Origin: an uncultured Verrucomicrobiae bacterium
GTDB lineage: Bacteria; Verrucomicrobiota; Verrucomicrobiia; Chthoniobacterales; Chthoniobacteraceae
Reading direction: 5' to 3'
DNA: 64,000 nt
Assembly: GCA_963828525.1 (NCBI GenBank)
Contig: CAWHEP010000002.1
Coordinates: forward strand, 224,001 to 288,000
The notes under the pieces were generated by a model. That model made no database searches and was not told the origin of the DNA. It worked only from the letters and a program-made list of their open reading frames with translations. Made by a program: the position numbers and the translations under genes. Below are positions 40,689-51,226 of the stretch, in pieces. Each line of letters begins with the position of its first letter. Position 1 is the first letter of the stretch.

Positions 40689-43517
40689 CTATTTTGCGGG
40701 TGGCGGCTCCGCGCAAAGGATATGCACCGGACCGAGCAGACCCGAGGGCAGAAGATGCGAGCTTTGGGTGAAATGGTGAATATTGGTCTTGGTGAGCTGC
40801 TGCCCCAGCGGCAGGAAGGCGTCGCCGATCAGGCGGTTCGGCCACAGATTGGTGACCTTGATTTCTAGGAGGTTCCCGGTGGCTTTGACGACGGATGTGA
40901 CGTCGACGCGCCCCGGATGCATCCACACGGTGCCCAGATCCTGCCCGTTCAGCTTGACGGTGGCAACCTCGTGAACCTCGCCGAGATCCAGCAACAGCCT
41001 TTTATCGCCTGAAATCGCCTGAGGCAAATCAAAGGTTTGGGTATAAAGAGCCGTGCCCGAGAAATACTTCATGCCAAATTCTGGCCGTGTAGTCCAATCG
41101 ATCAGGCTTGTGAAAGTCTGCGGCTCGGACGGCCCTCCCCACTTCGGGTCGAACGCTACTTTCCATGCGCCGGTAAGCGCCCCGATCGGATGCATCGTCG
41201 GATAATTGCTCTTTGTCATTCCAGAGATTGTCGGCGCGATGGGTTTGCGAAAAACGACGAAGATCGAACCGCAGGGATCAAACTCCAGAGGGACGATGGT
41301 CTGGCCGTTCTGTTGTTGAAAGGCGGTTGCATCGCGAATCTCGCCTGTCACAGGATCCCATAGCTCCGGCTGCTTGCCGACGACACGGAACTTGCAGGTC
41401 AGTTTTTCGGCGTAATACCACCGGCTTGTCACGTAGTACCAGTCTGCCTCGGCGCTCTTGCGGTGAATCCATGCGACCTCCCCGTGGGAGCTCAGGCCCT
41501 CGTATTCGAAGTCGGGCCCAACTCCTTTGCCTTGCAAGACTTCGTCCGGTGTTTTGTCCGACACTACGCGCCCCAGTCCCACCTTGTTGTCGGACGGCGA
41601 CTGCGGATCCGCGCCCCAGAGTTGCTTCACCAGGGCGGCGAATACTTCTTCGTCACCGTCGCGAACTGGCAGGCCCGCGAGACCCGGTGGCGGAGGGCCA
41701 ACCACTGTCGCGCCCGCTTGGGCCAGGCTTGCGATCTTCCGCAATGCCTCCAGCCTCATTCTCTGCCTTGGCATGATCAGGATGCGGTAGCTCATTCCGC
41801 CAGAGGTCACGATGCTCCCGTCTTTCACCGTCGCGATGTTGTCGATGGCGGCATCGCTGGCCCGGTCGTAATCATAGCCACGGTTCAAGCCGGGGTTCAC
41901 GGCTTTGGTCGGCTGGGAAAGGCCAACGCCTTCGCCGGTATCGAAAAGGGCGTCGGCGACGAACGTGCCCGCCTGGAGCATGGCGTCGCAGCGCGCGAGG
42001 TAGGCTGCAAACGCGGGGAATTCATCCCACCAGGTGATGTTGCGATTGATCTGTGTCCCGGCGCAATAGACGACCCCGGGTTTCGCGTCCACGGACGGGG
42101 AATGACCGTAGTTGTGGATGCACGCGCGATTCATGCCGTCGCAGAAAGCCTGGTCGGCGCAGGCCTTCATCGTAAAAGGCGTCTCCTCCCACATCGGCCC
42201 CATCGAGGTGAAGGCTTCGCACATCGTCAGCTTTTTGCCGTAGAGATGATTGGACGTCGCCGCTTCCCGAGCCAGGAAACGGCGCTCCGGCGTTGGCCGA
42301 TGGATGGAAGGCATCCAAAATTCGGCCATGTCATGATCGACTTGCGCCCCGGTTAGGCTGAAATCCACCTGGTTCGTGTTTGGGCCGTCCGTCTCACTGT
42401 AGAGCGTGAGGTTGTTCTGCCGGCAGATTTCGCGCATCCGCGCGTAATAGTTATAGACGATCAGGTCGCTGATAGTCCGTTTATAGTCCTCTTTGATCCT
42501 TTGAGTCGCGGCGCTGTCGATCATCGTGACGCCCGCGAGCACCGGGAGATAAGGCATCAGATCGTAGCCCCGTCGTTTCTTGTATTCGTCCGGGAAAATC
42601 TTCGTCCACGTCGGCTGGCCGGATTCCCAACTGTCGTCCTCGACCCCGCTTAGCGCGGCGCGCTCTTCAGGCGTCATCTCCTGAAGCAGCGGGGCCATGG
42701 TCAACGCCCAGTCGTGATCGATCCCCTCCGGGCTGAGCGCGTCGCAGAACGGACCCCAGTAGTTGGCCGCGCCGGTTGGCCGCTGGACGAAGCGGAAGAT
42801 GCGCCACTTCCCTGCCGGGATCTGCCATTGCAACCGTCCCGAAGCATCCATGGTCGCCGAAAGATTTTTCGCTTCCGACAACTTTACCTGATTTGCAACG
42901 GGAACGGCAAAGACCGCGATATCCGAAAAAACCGATGCTGTGTGGGGGGAAGAAGCCCTTTTGCGCTTGGGCAGGGCGAGCGTGTCGTTGAGGCTGCCCG
43001 GGCCTTCCACATCCTTTTCCGACCAGGCCAGTTCCTGCTGACTGTACCGCGGGTCAAGTCCCGGGGCGGAGCATCCGGCCAATCCATGCGCCAGGCAGAA
43101 CACCAGGCCAAGCCTCTTGCTTTCCGAGGCAACAAAGCGGATTTCCTGCCTCCACTCTTCCGTCCATTCCGGCTGCGGCGGCAAATCATTGAGGTCGAAC
43201 TGGCCCTTGTATTCGTCGGTCGAGACTTTTTTAAATCCCTTGTCGCCCGGAACCATTTTCCCCGTCGCGAGAAACCCGTTTGCCTGGTTTCCGTAGAGGA
43301 TGAACCCAGCGATCCCTTTGGCCTTCATTTCCTCAAGGTCAATCGTGACGGCGGCATGGGTCGTGGGTGTGGACTGCCACACCCAATAGACCCACGTCGC
43401 GGCGTCCGGAGGAGGATGACGAAAGTCATCCTCGATTGACTCGGCCTTCAGGGAAGAACCCCAACAGGCGAAGAAAGCCAGCAGAATAGAAGCTCGATGA
43501 AAAAGATAAAACCGCAT
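40689..43517 (-). CDS. Secreted glycoside hydrolase, GH106 (alpha-L-rhamnosidase-like)
   Basis: F..PP...W.YW.W, DLEEMKAKGI.G, DSWE, MAEFW, EAFTS, LDLGEV...NLWPNRLIGD, PSGLLGPV. Confidence 0.82.
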   Translation of the reverse strand: MRFYLFHRASILLAFFACWGSSLKAESIEDDFRHPPPDAATWVYWVWQSTPTTHAAVTIDLEEMKAKGIAGFILYGNQANGFLATGKMVPGDKGFKKVSTDEYKGQFDLNDLPPQPEWTEEWRQEIRFVASESKRLGLVFCLAHGLAGCSAPGLDPRYSQQELAWSEKDVEGPGSLNDTLALPKRKRASSPHTASVFSDIAVFAVPVANQVKLSEAKNLSATMDASGRLQWQIPAGKWRIFRFVQRPTGAANYWGPFCDALSPEGIDHDWALTMAPLLQEMTPEERAALSGVEDDSWESGQPTWTKIFPDEYKKRRGYDLMPYLPVLAGVTMIDSAATQRIKEDYKRTISDLIVYNYYARMREICRQNNLTLYSETDGPNTNQVDFSLTGAQVDHDMAEFWMPSIHRPTPERRFLAREAATSNHLYGKKLTMCEAFTSMGPMWEETPFTMKACADQAFCDGMNRACIHNYGHSPSVDAKPGVVYCAGTQINRNITWWDEFPAFAAYLARCDAMLQAGTFVADALFDTGEGVGLSQPTKAVNPGLNRGYDYDRASDAAIDNIATVKDGSIVTSGGMSYRILIMPRQRMRLEALRKIASLAQAGATVVGPPPPGLAGLPVRDGDEEVFAALVKQLWGADPQSPSDNKVGLGRVVSDKTPDEVLQGKGVGPDFEYEGLSSHGEVAWIHRKSAEADWYYVTSRWYYAEKLTCKFRVVGKQPELWDPVTGEIRDATAFQQQNGQTIVPLEFDPCGSIFVVFRKPIAPTISGMTKSNYPTMHPIGALTGAWKVAFDPKWGGPSEPQTFTSLIDWTTRPEFGMKYFSGTALYTQTFDLPQAISGDKRLLLDLGEVHEVATVKLNGQDLGTVWMHPGRVDVTSVVKATGNLLEIKVTNLWPNRLIGDAFLPLGQQLTKTNIHHFTQSSHLLPSGLLGPVHILCAEPPPAK

Positions 43518-43717
43518 TAGCTTTTGACGCTCTTCTCTCGGGGGGCGCGGAGGGGTTTCCAGTTTATCGGCTAGGTTGGATTTTGGAAGGAGTGATTAGT
43601 TCTCCCGCGCGTTTTGCCGTGCTGCGGCATAACACAATCTCGACTTCCATTCGACACTCAGAGTAGCATGCTCTTCGGTGTCATCGATTATGAGGCAACG
43701 AATCACCCCATCCCCCT

Positions 43718-45847
43718 ATGACCCAGGCTCGTTGCTCAAGTTTATTTCTCCTGATCACCGTTTTAGCGCTCGGACCTCTGACCAGCGGATCGGCAGCCAC
43801 GCGCCTTGATCAAGAACTGCCCGATCGTTGGAAATTTACCAAGGCTGACGCGGGACTGACCGCGGCCACGGATAGCTGGGAGGCGGTCACGCTTCCCCAT
43901 ACCTGGAACACCGTGAGTGCAGATCAGGGAGATCATAAGAAAGATCCTCATTACAAAAACGGTTATTACCGAGGCCCCTGCTGGTATGTCCGGACCATTG
44001 AAGCTCCCGCCGCCTGGCAGGGGAAAAGAGTTTTCCTTCGTTTCGAGGCCGCTTCACTCGTCGCGAGGGCCTACCTGAATGGGCAGGAACTCGGGGAACA
44101 TCGCGGCGGGTTCACCGCTTTTTGCTATGAATTGACGCCCCATCTCCATCCGGGAGCCAACGAACTCCGCGTTCAGGTCGATAACTCTGGGCAAAAGGAC
44201 GTCCCGCCTTTGGGTGGAGATTTTAACGTCGATGGAGGCCTTTACCGCCCGGTCCATCTCCTCGTCACGAATCCGGTCTGCATCTCTCCCCTCGATATGG
44301 CCTCCCCGGGCGTCTACCTCACGACGAAATCGCTGAACGGTTCCGCCGCGCGAATAGAAGTCAGGGCTCTGGTTTCCAACGGTAAAACCAGCCCGGTTCA
44401 GGTGCAGGTCAAAACCGATATTGTTGACGCCAGCGGGGCAACCGTGGCCACAGGACGTGAACCCGCCTCCGTTGGCGCGGGTATGACATTGCCGGTGGCT
44501 CTCACTTTGAACGTCCCTTCTCCCCACCTCTGGAACGGACGCAAGTATCCCTATCTTTACACAGCGAAAGTCTCCGTGCTGGAGGGCGCCGTGACTTCCG
44601 ACTCCGTTGATCAACCACTTGGCATTCGCGCGGTTGAGATCACCGAACAAAAGGGCTTTCTCCTCAACGGCCAGTCCTACCCGATCCACGGCGTGAATCG
44701 GCACCAGGACTGGGGAGACCAAGGCTGGGCAGCCAGCGCGGCCAACTATGAGGAGGATGCGCGGATCATGTTGGACATGGGGGTGACCGCTGTCCGCCTC
44801 GCCCATTATCCACAGAGTGATTACCTGCACGGGCTGTGCGACCACAATGGCATTCTCCTTTGGAACGAAATTCCGCTCGTGAATCTTATCTCCAACAAGC
44901 CCGAGTTTGCCGCCAACGCCGAGCAGCAGCTTCGCGAAATGATCCTCCAGCGTTACAACCATCCCAGCGTCGCCTTTTGGGGACTCTTCAATGAGCTGGG
45001 CTTGAGCACAACCGTCCCGCCTGATGCCCTGCTGCAACATCTCAAGGCGGTCGTGCAAGAACTGGACCCGTCGCGCCTTGTTGTGTGCGCCATTTACAAG
45101 GCAAACGCCACCTATAACCAGATTGCGGACCATCCCTGTTTCAACCGATATCCAGGTTGGTACGCGGGGATCGACAAGTTCGACGCCGACATCAAAAAGG
45201 ACTCCGCCGAAGTAGGCAAGCGCATTGCTTATAGTGAATATGGAGCTGGCGCCAATCCCGCTCCCGACCAGCAACAGGAGGGCCCCTTGACTCAAAAACG
45301 CGGGGGCCACCTCCACTCAGAACAATGGCAGGTCCACGTCCATGAGGTTATATGGGGTCAATTCAAGGACAACCCGCTCCTCTGGGGCTCGTTCGCCTGG
45401 TGCATGTTCGATTTCCAATCCGCCCGCCGTCACGAGGGAGGCTTTACCGGTGTCAATGACAAGGGACTGGTCACGGAAGATCGTAAGATTAAGAAAGACG
45501 CCTACTTTTTCTATCAAGCAAATTGGACCGATAAACCGATGATCCACATCGCCTCCAGGCGTTTGACTCCGCGACGGAATCCAGTCACCGAGATTGAAGT
45601 CTTCTCAAATTGCGGCCAGGTGCAACTGTCCCTGAATGGCAAGATGCTGCCCTCGGTCTCCCCGGATAATGTCAGAGTTTTCCGATGGTCTGATGTGACG
45701 CTTCAATCTGGAACCAACAACATTGTGGCCAAGGCCGTGTCTAATCAGGAGCGGCTCACCGACTCCTGCCAATGGGTGGTTGATCCAAATGCCGCCCCCG
45801 CGGCTCCTGCTGCAAAACCGGCGGAGCCGTTGGCGCCTCTACAATAA
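43718..45847 (+). CDS. Secreted glycoside hydrolase family 2
   Basis: HRGGFTAF, GGLYRPV, GVNRHQD, VRLAHYP, WGLFNE (acid/base), SEYG (nucleophile), NDKGLVT.DR. Confidence 0.92.
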   Translation: MTQARCSSLFLLITVLALGPLTSGSAATRLDQELPDRWKFTKADAGLTAATDSWEAVTLPHTWNTVSADQGDHKKDPHYKNGYYRGPCWYVRTIEAPAAWQGKRVFLRFEAASLVARAYLNGQELGEHRGGFTAFCYELTPHLHPGANELRVQVDNSGQKDVPPLGGDFNVDGGLYRPVHLLVTNPVCISPLDMASPGVYLTTKSLNGSAARIEVRALVSNGKTSPVQVQVKTDIVDASGATVATGREPASVGAGMTLPVALTLNVPSPHLWNGRKYPYLYTAKVSVLEGAVTSDSVDQPLGIRAVEITEQKGFLLNGQSYPIHGVNRHQDWGDQGWAASAANYEEDARIMLDMGVTAVRLAHYPQSDYLHGLCDHNGILLWNEIPLVNLISNKPEFAANAEQQLREMILQRYNHPSVAFWGLFNELGLSTTVPPDALLQHLKAVVQELDPSRLVVCAIYKANATYNQIADHPCFNRYPGWYAGIDKFDADIKKDSAEVGKRIAYSEYGAGANPAPDQQQEGPLTQKRGGHLHSEQWQVHVHEVIWGQFKDNPLLWGSFAWCMFDFQSARRHEGGFTGVNDKGLVTEDRKIKKDAYFFYQANWTDKPMIHIASRRLTPRRNPVTEIEVFSNCGQVQLSLNGKMLPSVSPDNVRVFRWSDVTLQSGTNNIVAKAVSNQERLTDSCQWVVDPNAAPAAPAAKPAEPLAPLQ

Positions 45848-46123
45848 AGCGTTTTAGGCTGTTTTGCTCTTGCCTCCACGCCAGTGGAAGCCTTAGCAAA
45901 GTTCACTGGGCCAGGAGTTCACCTCTATCGCAATATGGAGCAAGGCCAATCGTATGAGGCTCTTAAACGCTTAAACACTTACTCCTTAAGTCCCACGAAA
46001 ACCTGCCTACAACAAATTGAGGGTTTGTGCTTCACAACCTCACGAACCGAGCGTCGGAGATTCGAGCGGACGTGGTTAAGTCCGTTGAGGCAGCTCAACA
46101 AACGCGAACCGTTATTCCAAGAT

Positions 46124-47149
46124 TCATTTCACCGGGATTGTGTCGCGTTGGTGGTCAGGGATCATCAGCGATTGACCAATGCCTAACCCATTTTCAACCT
46201 CGTCTCCATGCGCATCCATAAGGTGAACAAGCTTCAGGCCGGCGGGCTGAAGAATAAACCGTGCTATAAAGAAGCGACTGAGATTCACCTTCAAGATCAT
46301 CCGTAACTCAGAGGTGTCTCCCGAACGCAGACCAGATTCCTGCTCGACAGTGGTATCGACAACTGCGCATCGCCACCCAGTGTTCATCAACCCTGCTCCA
46401 GCCAGGGCTCCATTATCCTTAAACCAGTAATAACTTACACTTCCGTGTCCAGGATACATTTGAATATGCTGGTTTAGAAGAACGAAGACATATTTCTCTC
46501 CGGATGCTCCAATAACCGGCTTCATCAGGATGGGATTCAATCGATCAGCCATTGGAAACACGTTCTGAAGTGACGCTTTTTGCCTGACCTTCCAATCTGT
46601 CTCATAATTGGTGGGATTTGTCAGCAGCGCATCGAAATCCGCAGCCCATCTGGGCATGTCCGCGTTGGCCCTGTGGGTGCCACCATCATAAACGGCATGC
46701 AGAAGCTCCGACGGCGTTCTAAAATCAACGGTCTTCCATGCGAGGTCTAGGGTGATCACCTTGGCTGCATAATCAAGAGACCATTTCAGCGAAAGACCCT
46801 CGAGCGTATCGTCAAGATACTTTCTGACCTCCTGTTCCGATTCAAGTGGCCCCAATCCGCTCCTGGTGGCGATACTTCTGGAAAGCCAAACGGTTTCCAT
46901 GAAATCGGCGATGTCTTTTGGACAAGAGACTCTGCACCGGGTTTGCTGTTCGATCTGGTGAGTTACGCCCCTAAATGTTTCGTGTACAAAAGTGGCCGCG
47001 GGGTTTGCCACAACGTTTGCTAATGCAGGAGCGGCGCCCACTATCAGGACGAGACACAACATCAGGCTTATCAGCTCCGACGGAGTACAAGCGCCCGAAC
47101 AGCATGTTTTCATTCTTGCCACGCTGAACACCGGTTCTATTGAAGACAA
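46124..47149 (-). CDS. Secreted hypothetical protein
   Basis: Long ORF with signal-like LMLCLVLIVGAAPALA; true start probably downstream of the ORF-track start. Confidence 0.6.
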   Translation of the reverse strand: MSSIEPVFSVARMKTCCSGACTPSELISLMLCLVLIVGAAPALANVVANPAATFVHETFRGVTHQIEQQTRCRVSCPKDIADFMETVWLSRSIATRSGLGPLESEQEVRKYLDDTLEGLSLKWSLDYAAKVITLDLAWKTVDFRTPSELLHAVYDGGTHRANADMPRWAADFDALLTNPTNYETDWKVRQKASLQNVFPMADRLNPILMKPVIGASGEKYVFVLLNQHIQMYPGHGSVSYYWFKDNGALAGAGLMNTGWRCAVVDTTVEQESGLRSGDTSELRMILKVNLSRFFIARFILQPAGLKLVHLMDAHGDEVENGLGIGQSLMIPDHQRDTIPVK

Positions 47150-47310
47150 GCCGATAAAATCCCCAAGCTCGTGTAAACCAGACGCCGAACACCGAATACG
47201 ACCCTGAGTTTCCTTGCCCTCGCAAATCCGAACCCCATCGCGATCAGGACCCCTTATGTTTCGTGAAAATAACTCAAGGGTTTCGGATGGCAGCGGGGTT
47301 AAAGTCTAAT

Positions 47311-47649
47311 GTGAACCAGATCGACTCAGATGATGAGGCCTTGAAAGGCAACCTGCGCGCATGGCAGGTTGCGCCCGCCATTCCGCCCTGTTTTCAACGC
47401 GAAGTCTGGCAACGGATCGAAGCTCGCGATGCAGAACGGCGAAATTCGCCATGGCTACAGATCGTTCGCCGGTTCTTTGCCGGACTGGCCACGCCACGCT
47501 ACGCGACCGCGACACTTTCTGTTGCCGCCATAGTCGGTGTCGGCATGGCGCGTCTCCAGGCAAGCGACGAAAACGCGAGGCACTGGCAGAGCCTCCAAAC
47601 ACGATACGTAGATTCCATTGACCCCATCGAGCACATATCCACGCGCTGA
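47311..47649 (+). CDS. Putative membrane anti-sigma factor
   Basis: L...LRAW.V.P..P..F...VW.RI N-terminus, one TM segment, C-terminal RYVDSIDP; ECF sigma gene in same cluster. Confidence 0.65.
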   Translation: MNQIDSDDEALKGNLRAWQVAPAIPPCFQREVWQRIEARDAERRNSPWLQIVRRFFAGLATPRYATATLSVAAIVGVGMARLQASDENARHWQSLQTRYVDSIDPIEHISTR

Positions 47650-47653
47650 ACCG

Positions 47654-48130
47654 GTGCTGAGAGGCATCTTCGTCTTGCTGGCCGCGCTTCTAATGTGCGC
47701 GCTGGCTTTCGGCGCTTATCGCTGGCGCGCGACAATGCCGACTGAACGGCTGCTTTCCAAAGCGGGCGGTGAAATGGATTGGCTCCGCATGGAGTTTAAC
47801 CTCACTGACGCCCAATTTGCGAAAATCAAGGCGATGCACGAAGCTTACGCGTCAAAGTGCGGATTGATGTGTCAGAAAATCTCCGAGGCAAATGCAAGGG
47901 TCGGCCAGCTCGTTAAGGCGAACAAGAACATGACTCTCGAAACCGAATCCGCGCTTAAAGATGCCTGGGCCGCGCAAGGCGAATGCCGGCAGGCAATGCT
48001 GGCGCATGTCTATGCCGTCAGCGCCGAGATGAGCCCGGAGGCCGGCGCCCGTCATTTGCGAATGATGACTCCAAGAATCATCGAGCCGGGGCTGGATCAC
48101 AGCGCGGTGGTATCTAGGGAAGCCAAATGA
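47654..48130 (+). CDS. Periplasmic heavy-metal sensor (Spy/CpxP/CnrX-like)
   Basis: TM anchor; WLRMEFNLTDAQ...HEAY...C..MC; C...MLAHVY.VS.EMSPE. Confidence 0.7.
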   Translation: MLRGIFVLLAALLMCALAFGAYRWRATMPTERLLSKAGGEMDWLRMEFNLTDAQFAKIKAMHEAYASKCGLMCQKISEANARVGQLVKANKNMTLETESALKDAWAAQGECRQAMLAHVYAVSAEMSPEAGARHLRMMTPRIIEPGLDHSAVVSREAK

Positions 48131-48546
48131 GCGGATTACTTGGTATCAGGATCAAACGCGCCGCCCGCCATTTGGCCAGAGCCGCCATGATCCTTGCGTT
48201 TATCGCTGCCGCGCTGGGTATCGTCTCTGCTCCAGCGGCGCTGGCTGCCAACTGCTGCGGCAACGCGGGCTCACCTGTCGTCCCGGTGAAGATGTGCCAA
48301 AAGCACTGCTGCGCGGACATGGCGTGTTGCGTAAAGACCGCCAGCCACCCGCAGGCCCGTCACGCGCAACAATTGCCGTCGCGTCGCGTGGGACAGGAGC
48401 TGGCGTTCACGTTGGTTCGCTTTTCCGTTCCATACTGTGTAACGCGCCTCGAAACGCAGACGGAGCCTCCCGTCCCACTGGCATGGCGCGTACACCCTCG
48501 CGCCGCTGCAGCTAAGCGGCGTTTTCTTGATCTGAGCGGCGGATAG
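48127..48546 (+). CDS. Cys-rich exported small protein upstream of efflux genes
   Basis: Signal peptide then NCC, CQKHCCADMACC; a shifted frame would end SGVFLI* near 48535. Confidence 0.55.
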   Translation: MSGLLGIRIKRAARHLARAAMILAFIAAALGIVSAPAALAANCCGNAGSPVVPVKMCQKHCCADMACCVKTASHPQARHAQQLPSRRVGQELAFTLVRFSVPYCVTRLETQTEPPVPLAWRVHPRAAAAKRRFLDLSGG

Positions 48547-48611
48547 TCACGGGCGAAGTGTGCCTCTCCAGGCCGTTCGCTCTTCACTTTCCCGATTCCC
48601 GCTCATGATCA

Positions 48612-49934
48612 ATGAAAACAACAACTCATCTTCTTTTTTACATCTTAATTCTCGCCTCGCCGGCTATGGCTGAGCATGCGGCTCATGGCGGTGGCGCCCA
48701 AACTCTGGAGGAGCCCCTGTCGCTCGCGAAGGTGTGCGCCTCCGTGCTGGCCAACAACCCGGCGATTAAGGAGGCGTTGACCAAGTGGGACGCCATGAAG
48801 GCTCGCGTCCCGCAGGAGGCGTCCTGGGACGATCCCAAGATCAGCGCGAGTTCACGCTTCGCTCGGTTCATCGACATCCAGCCGAACGCGTTCATGGATC
48901 AATCCCTCGCGCTCGAACAGATGATTCCGATCTCAGGAAAAAATCGTTCCCGCGCCCGAGTGGCAGTTGCAGAGGCGCTTTCGGCATTCCAGGAAGCTCG
49001 GCGTCAGGAATTGGATGTCCTGGCAAAGACGCGGAGCGCCTACTTTCGACTGGCGAACAGCTATGCCCAGATTGAGTTGAACCGCAAGAATATGGTTTCG
49101 CTCAAGGAGCTTGAGGATATCACCCGCTCCAAATACGAAGTCGGCAATCAGGGTGCGGCAGATGTGCTGGTCGCCGAGACCGATACAAGCAAGCTGCTCG
49201 AAACGGGTCGCGACCTTGAACAGTCTGTCGCAGCCGGACAGTCGCAACTCAATGTCCTGATGAATCGCGACGCGTTCGTCCCACTTGGCCGACCCGCCTC
49301 CGCGCCAATCAAGCCGGTCAACCTATCTATCGACCGGCTCCGCGAACTCACGCTCGCCAATCGACCGGAGGTTCTGATGGCGTTGGCTAAAGTCAGCGCG
49401 GCAAAAGCCAGTTTGGAATTGGCGCGCCGCCAATGGATTCCCGATCCCTCCATCAGCGTGGAGGGACAACGCTATAACGGCGCCGCGCAGGCGGTGAGTG
49501 AACTGGACGCCGGCATCTCATTCAGCGTGCCGTGGGTGAACTACAGGAAATATTCCGCGGCCGTCCGCGAGGCCAACGACAATCTCGCCGCCGCCCGGCA
49601 AGCGTTGGAAGGCGCGCGGAAAGAAGCGGTGGGGATGCTGCGAAACGCCCTGCAAAAGGCGGAGACCGCCCATCATCACGTTGAGCTTTTCCAGGATAAA
49701 TTGCTGCCGCAGGCGCGCTCGGCTTTTGAAGCAAGCCAGACCTCGTATCAATCCGGAAAAGGGGGATTTTTGGAATGGATCACCGCGCAGCGCAACATCC
49801 GCGACCTGGAATCGATGGGTCGCGAACACCTCTCAGATTACCAGACAGCGGTCGCGGAATTGGAATCCGTTGTTGGAACCGACCTGAAGCTTTTCACACC
49901 GTTCGATCACCAAACGAACTCGACATCCAAATGA
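48612..49934 (+). CDS. TolC/CusC-family outer-membrane efflux protein
   Basis: Signal peptide; ANNP, RSKYEVG....DVL, ANRPE, SYQSGKGGFLE; first gene of an RND triad. Confidence 0.85.
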   Translation: MKTTTHLLFYILILASPAMAEHAAHGGGAQTLEEPLSLAKVCASVLANNPAIKEALTKWDAMKARVPQEASWDDPKISASSRFARFIDIQPNAFMDQSLALEQMIPISGKNRSRARVAVAEALSAFQEARRQELDVLAKTRSAYFRLANSYAQIELNRKNMVSLKELEDITRSKYEVGNQGAADVLVAETDTSKLLETGRDLEQSVAAGQSQLNVLMNRDAFVPLGRPASAPIKPVNLSIDRLRELTLANRPEVLMALAKVSAAKASLELARRQWIPDPSISVEGQRYNGAAQAVSELDAGISFSVPWVNYRKYSAAVREANDNLAAARQALEGARKEAVGMLRNALQKAETAHHHVELFQDKLLPQARSAFEASQTSYQSGKGGFLEWITAQRNIRDLESMGREHLSDYQTAVAELESVVGTDLKLFTPFDHQTNSTSK

Positions 49935-51226
49935 AAAATCTTGCGCGCAATCTATTGCTCATCGCCCTCCTCTTTGGTTTTGCGGCCTGTGTCAAAAAGA
50001 GCGTCAGCGGAGGCAAACCCGCCAACGTCGATTACTACACATGCACGATGCACCCCTCGGTGAAATCCCAGGATCCCGACGGGAAATGCCCGATTTGCTC
50101 CATGGATCTCGTGCCGGTAATGAAACGTGGCAGTGACGGAAGCGGCGGCGCAAAGAGCGCGCAGCCGATGGCTGAAATGGAGGCGCGGGACGCGAAGCCA
50201 AATGAGTTTTTCGTCGCGGTCGAGCGGCAGCAGCAGATCGGCGTGACCTACGCCACCGTCGAACGAAGGCCGCTCCATCGCGTCATCCGCGCGGTGGGCA
50301 CGATCGCGCCGGACGTCTCCCGCGACTGGCAATTCGTCGCGCGTGTGGATGGCTACGTTCAGAAACTCTACGTAACGTCGCCCGGCCAGATGGTCGAAAA
50401 GGATGCGCCGCTGATGTCGATCTACAGCCCCGACCTGCTTACGAGTGAGCGCGAGCTCGCGCAATTGCTCCACTCGCGCGACAACGCGGCGGTCGGCGAA
50501 GCGCGCGACATGACAGCCAAATTGATCCAGGCGGCGGAGAGCCGGCTGCGCCAGTGGAATATGACCGACGCGCAAATTGCTGTCCTCGAGAAATCAAGGA
50601 CACCAAGCGAAAATCTTACATTGCTTTCCCCTTTTCGCGGCTTTGTCCAGTCCGTCCCAGTGACACAGGGAAAGGCGGTCAAAGTCGGCGATGCGCTTGC
50701 TGAGGTTGTCGATCTTTCCGTTGTTTGGGTATGGGCGCAATTTTACGAGGAAGAGCTTTCCGCGCTCAAGGAAGGACAGAAAGTGATCGTCACAGTCAAC
50801 GCTTATCCGGGCGAACATTTTGCAGGAGAAATCGCGCTCATCAGTCCCTTTGTGGACGAGATGAAACGCACCTCCCGGGCGCGCATCGATATACCGAACC
50901 CGGAGTTCAAGCTGCATCCCGGCATGTACTCCGACGTGAAACTCGGGATCAACATGGGCGAAGGTCTCACCATTCCGGTGAGCGCCGTAATGCCCACGGG
51001 AGAGCGCGACATTGCCTTCGTGGATAAGGGCGAGGGGAAACTCGAACCGCGAATCCTGCAGCTGGCTGGCAAGTTCGGTGATCTCTACGAAGTCCGGGAG
51101 GGCCTCAAAGAAGGCGAGCGTGTCGTAGCGAGCGCCAATTTCCTGATCGACGCGGAATCCAAAATACAGGGCGCGTTGAAAGACTTTGAGGAGCCCGTTG
51201 CCGCCAAGCCGACGGGAGCACAATGA
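49931..51226 (+). CDS. cusB: CusB-type RND periplasmic adaptor with heavy-metal-binding domain
   Basis: YTCTMHP....DGKCPICSMDLVP; IYSPDL; LHPGMY; SANFLIDAES. Confidence 0.85.
   Translation: MKNLARNLLLIALLFGFAACVKKSVSGGKPANVDYYTCTMHPSVKSQDPDGKCPICSMDLVPVMKRGSDGSGGAKSAQPMAEMEARDAKPNEFFVAVERQQQIGVTYATVERRPLHRVIRAVGTIAPDVSRDWQFVARVDGYVQKLYVTSPGQMVEKDAPLMSIYSPDLLTSERELAQLLHSRDNAAVGEARDMTAKLIQAAESRLRQWNMTDAQIAVLEKSRTPSENLTLLSPFRGFVQSVPVTQGKAVKVGDALAEVVDLSVVWVWAQFYEEELSALKEGQKVIVTVNAYPGEHFAGEIALISPFVDEMKRTSRARIDIPNPEFKLHPGMYSDVKLGINMGEGLTIPVSAVMPTGERDIAFVDKGEGKLEPRILQLAGKFGDLYEVREGLKEGERVVASANFLIDAESKIQGALKDFEEPVAAKPTGAQ

Noticed and set aside
45848..46123. ORF 45884-46186 or an ncRNA in the gap after GH2
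   Set aside because: No motif, start signal or convincing structure was recognisable.
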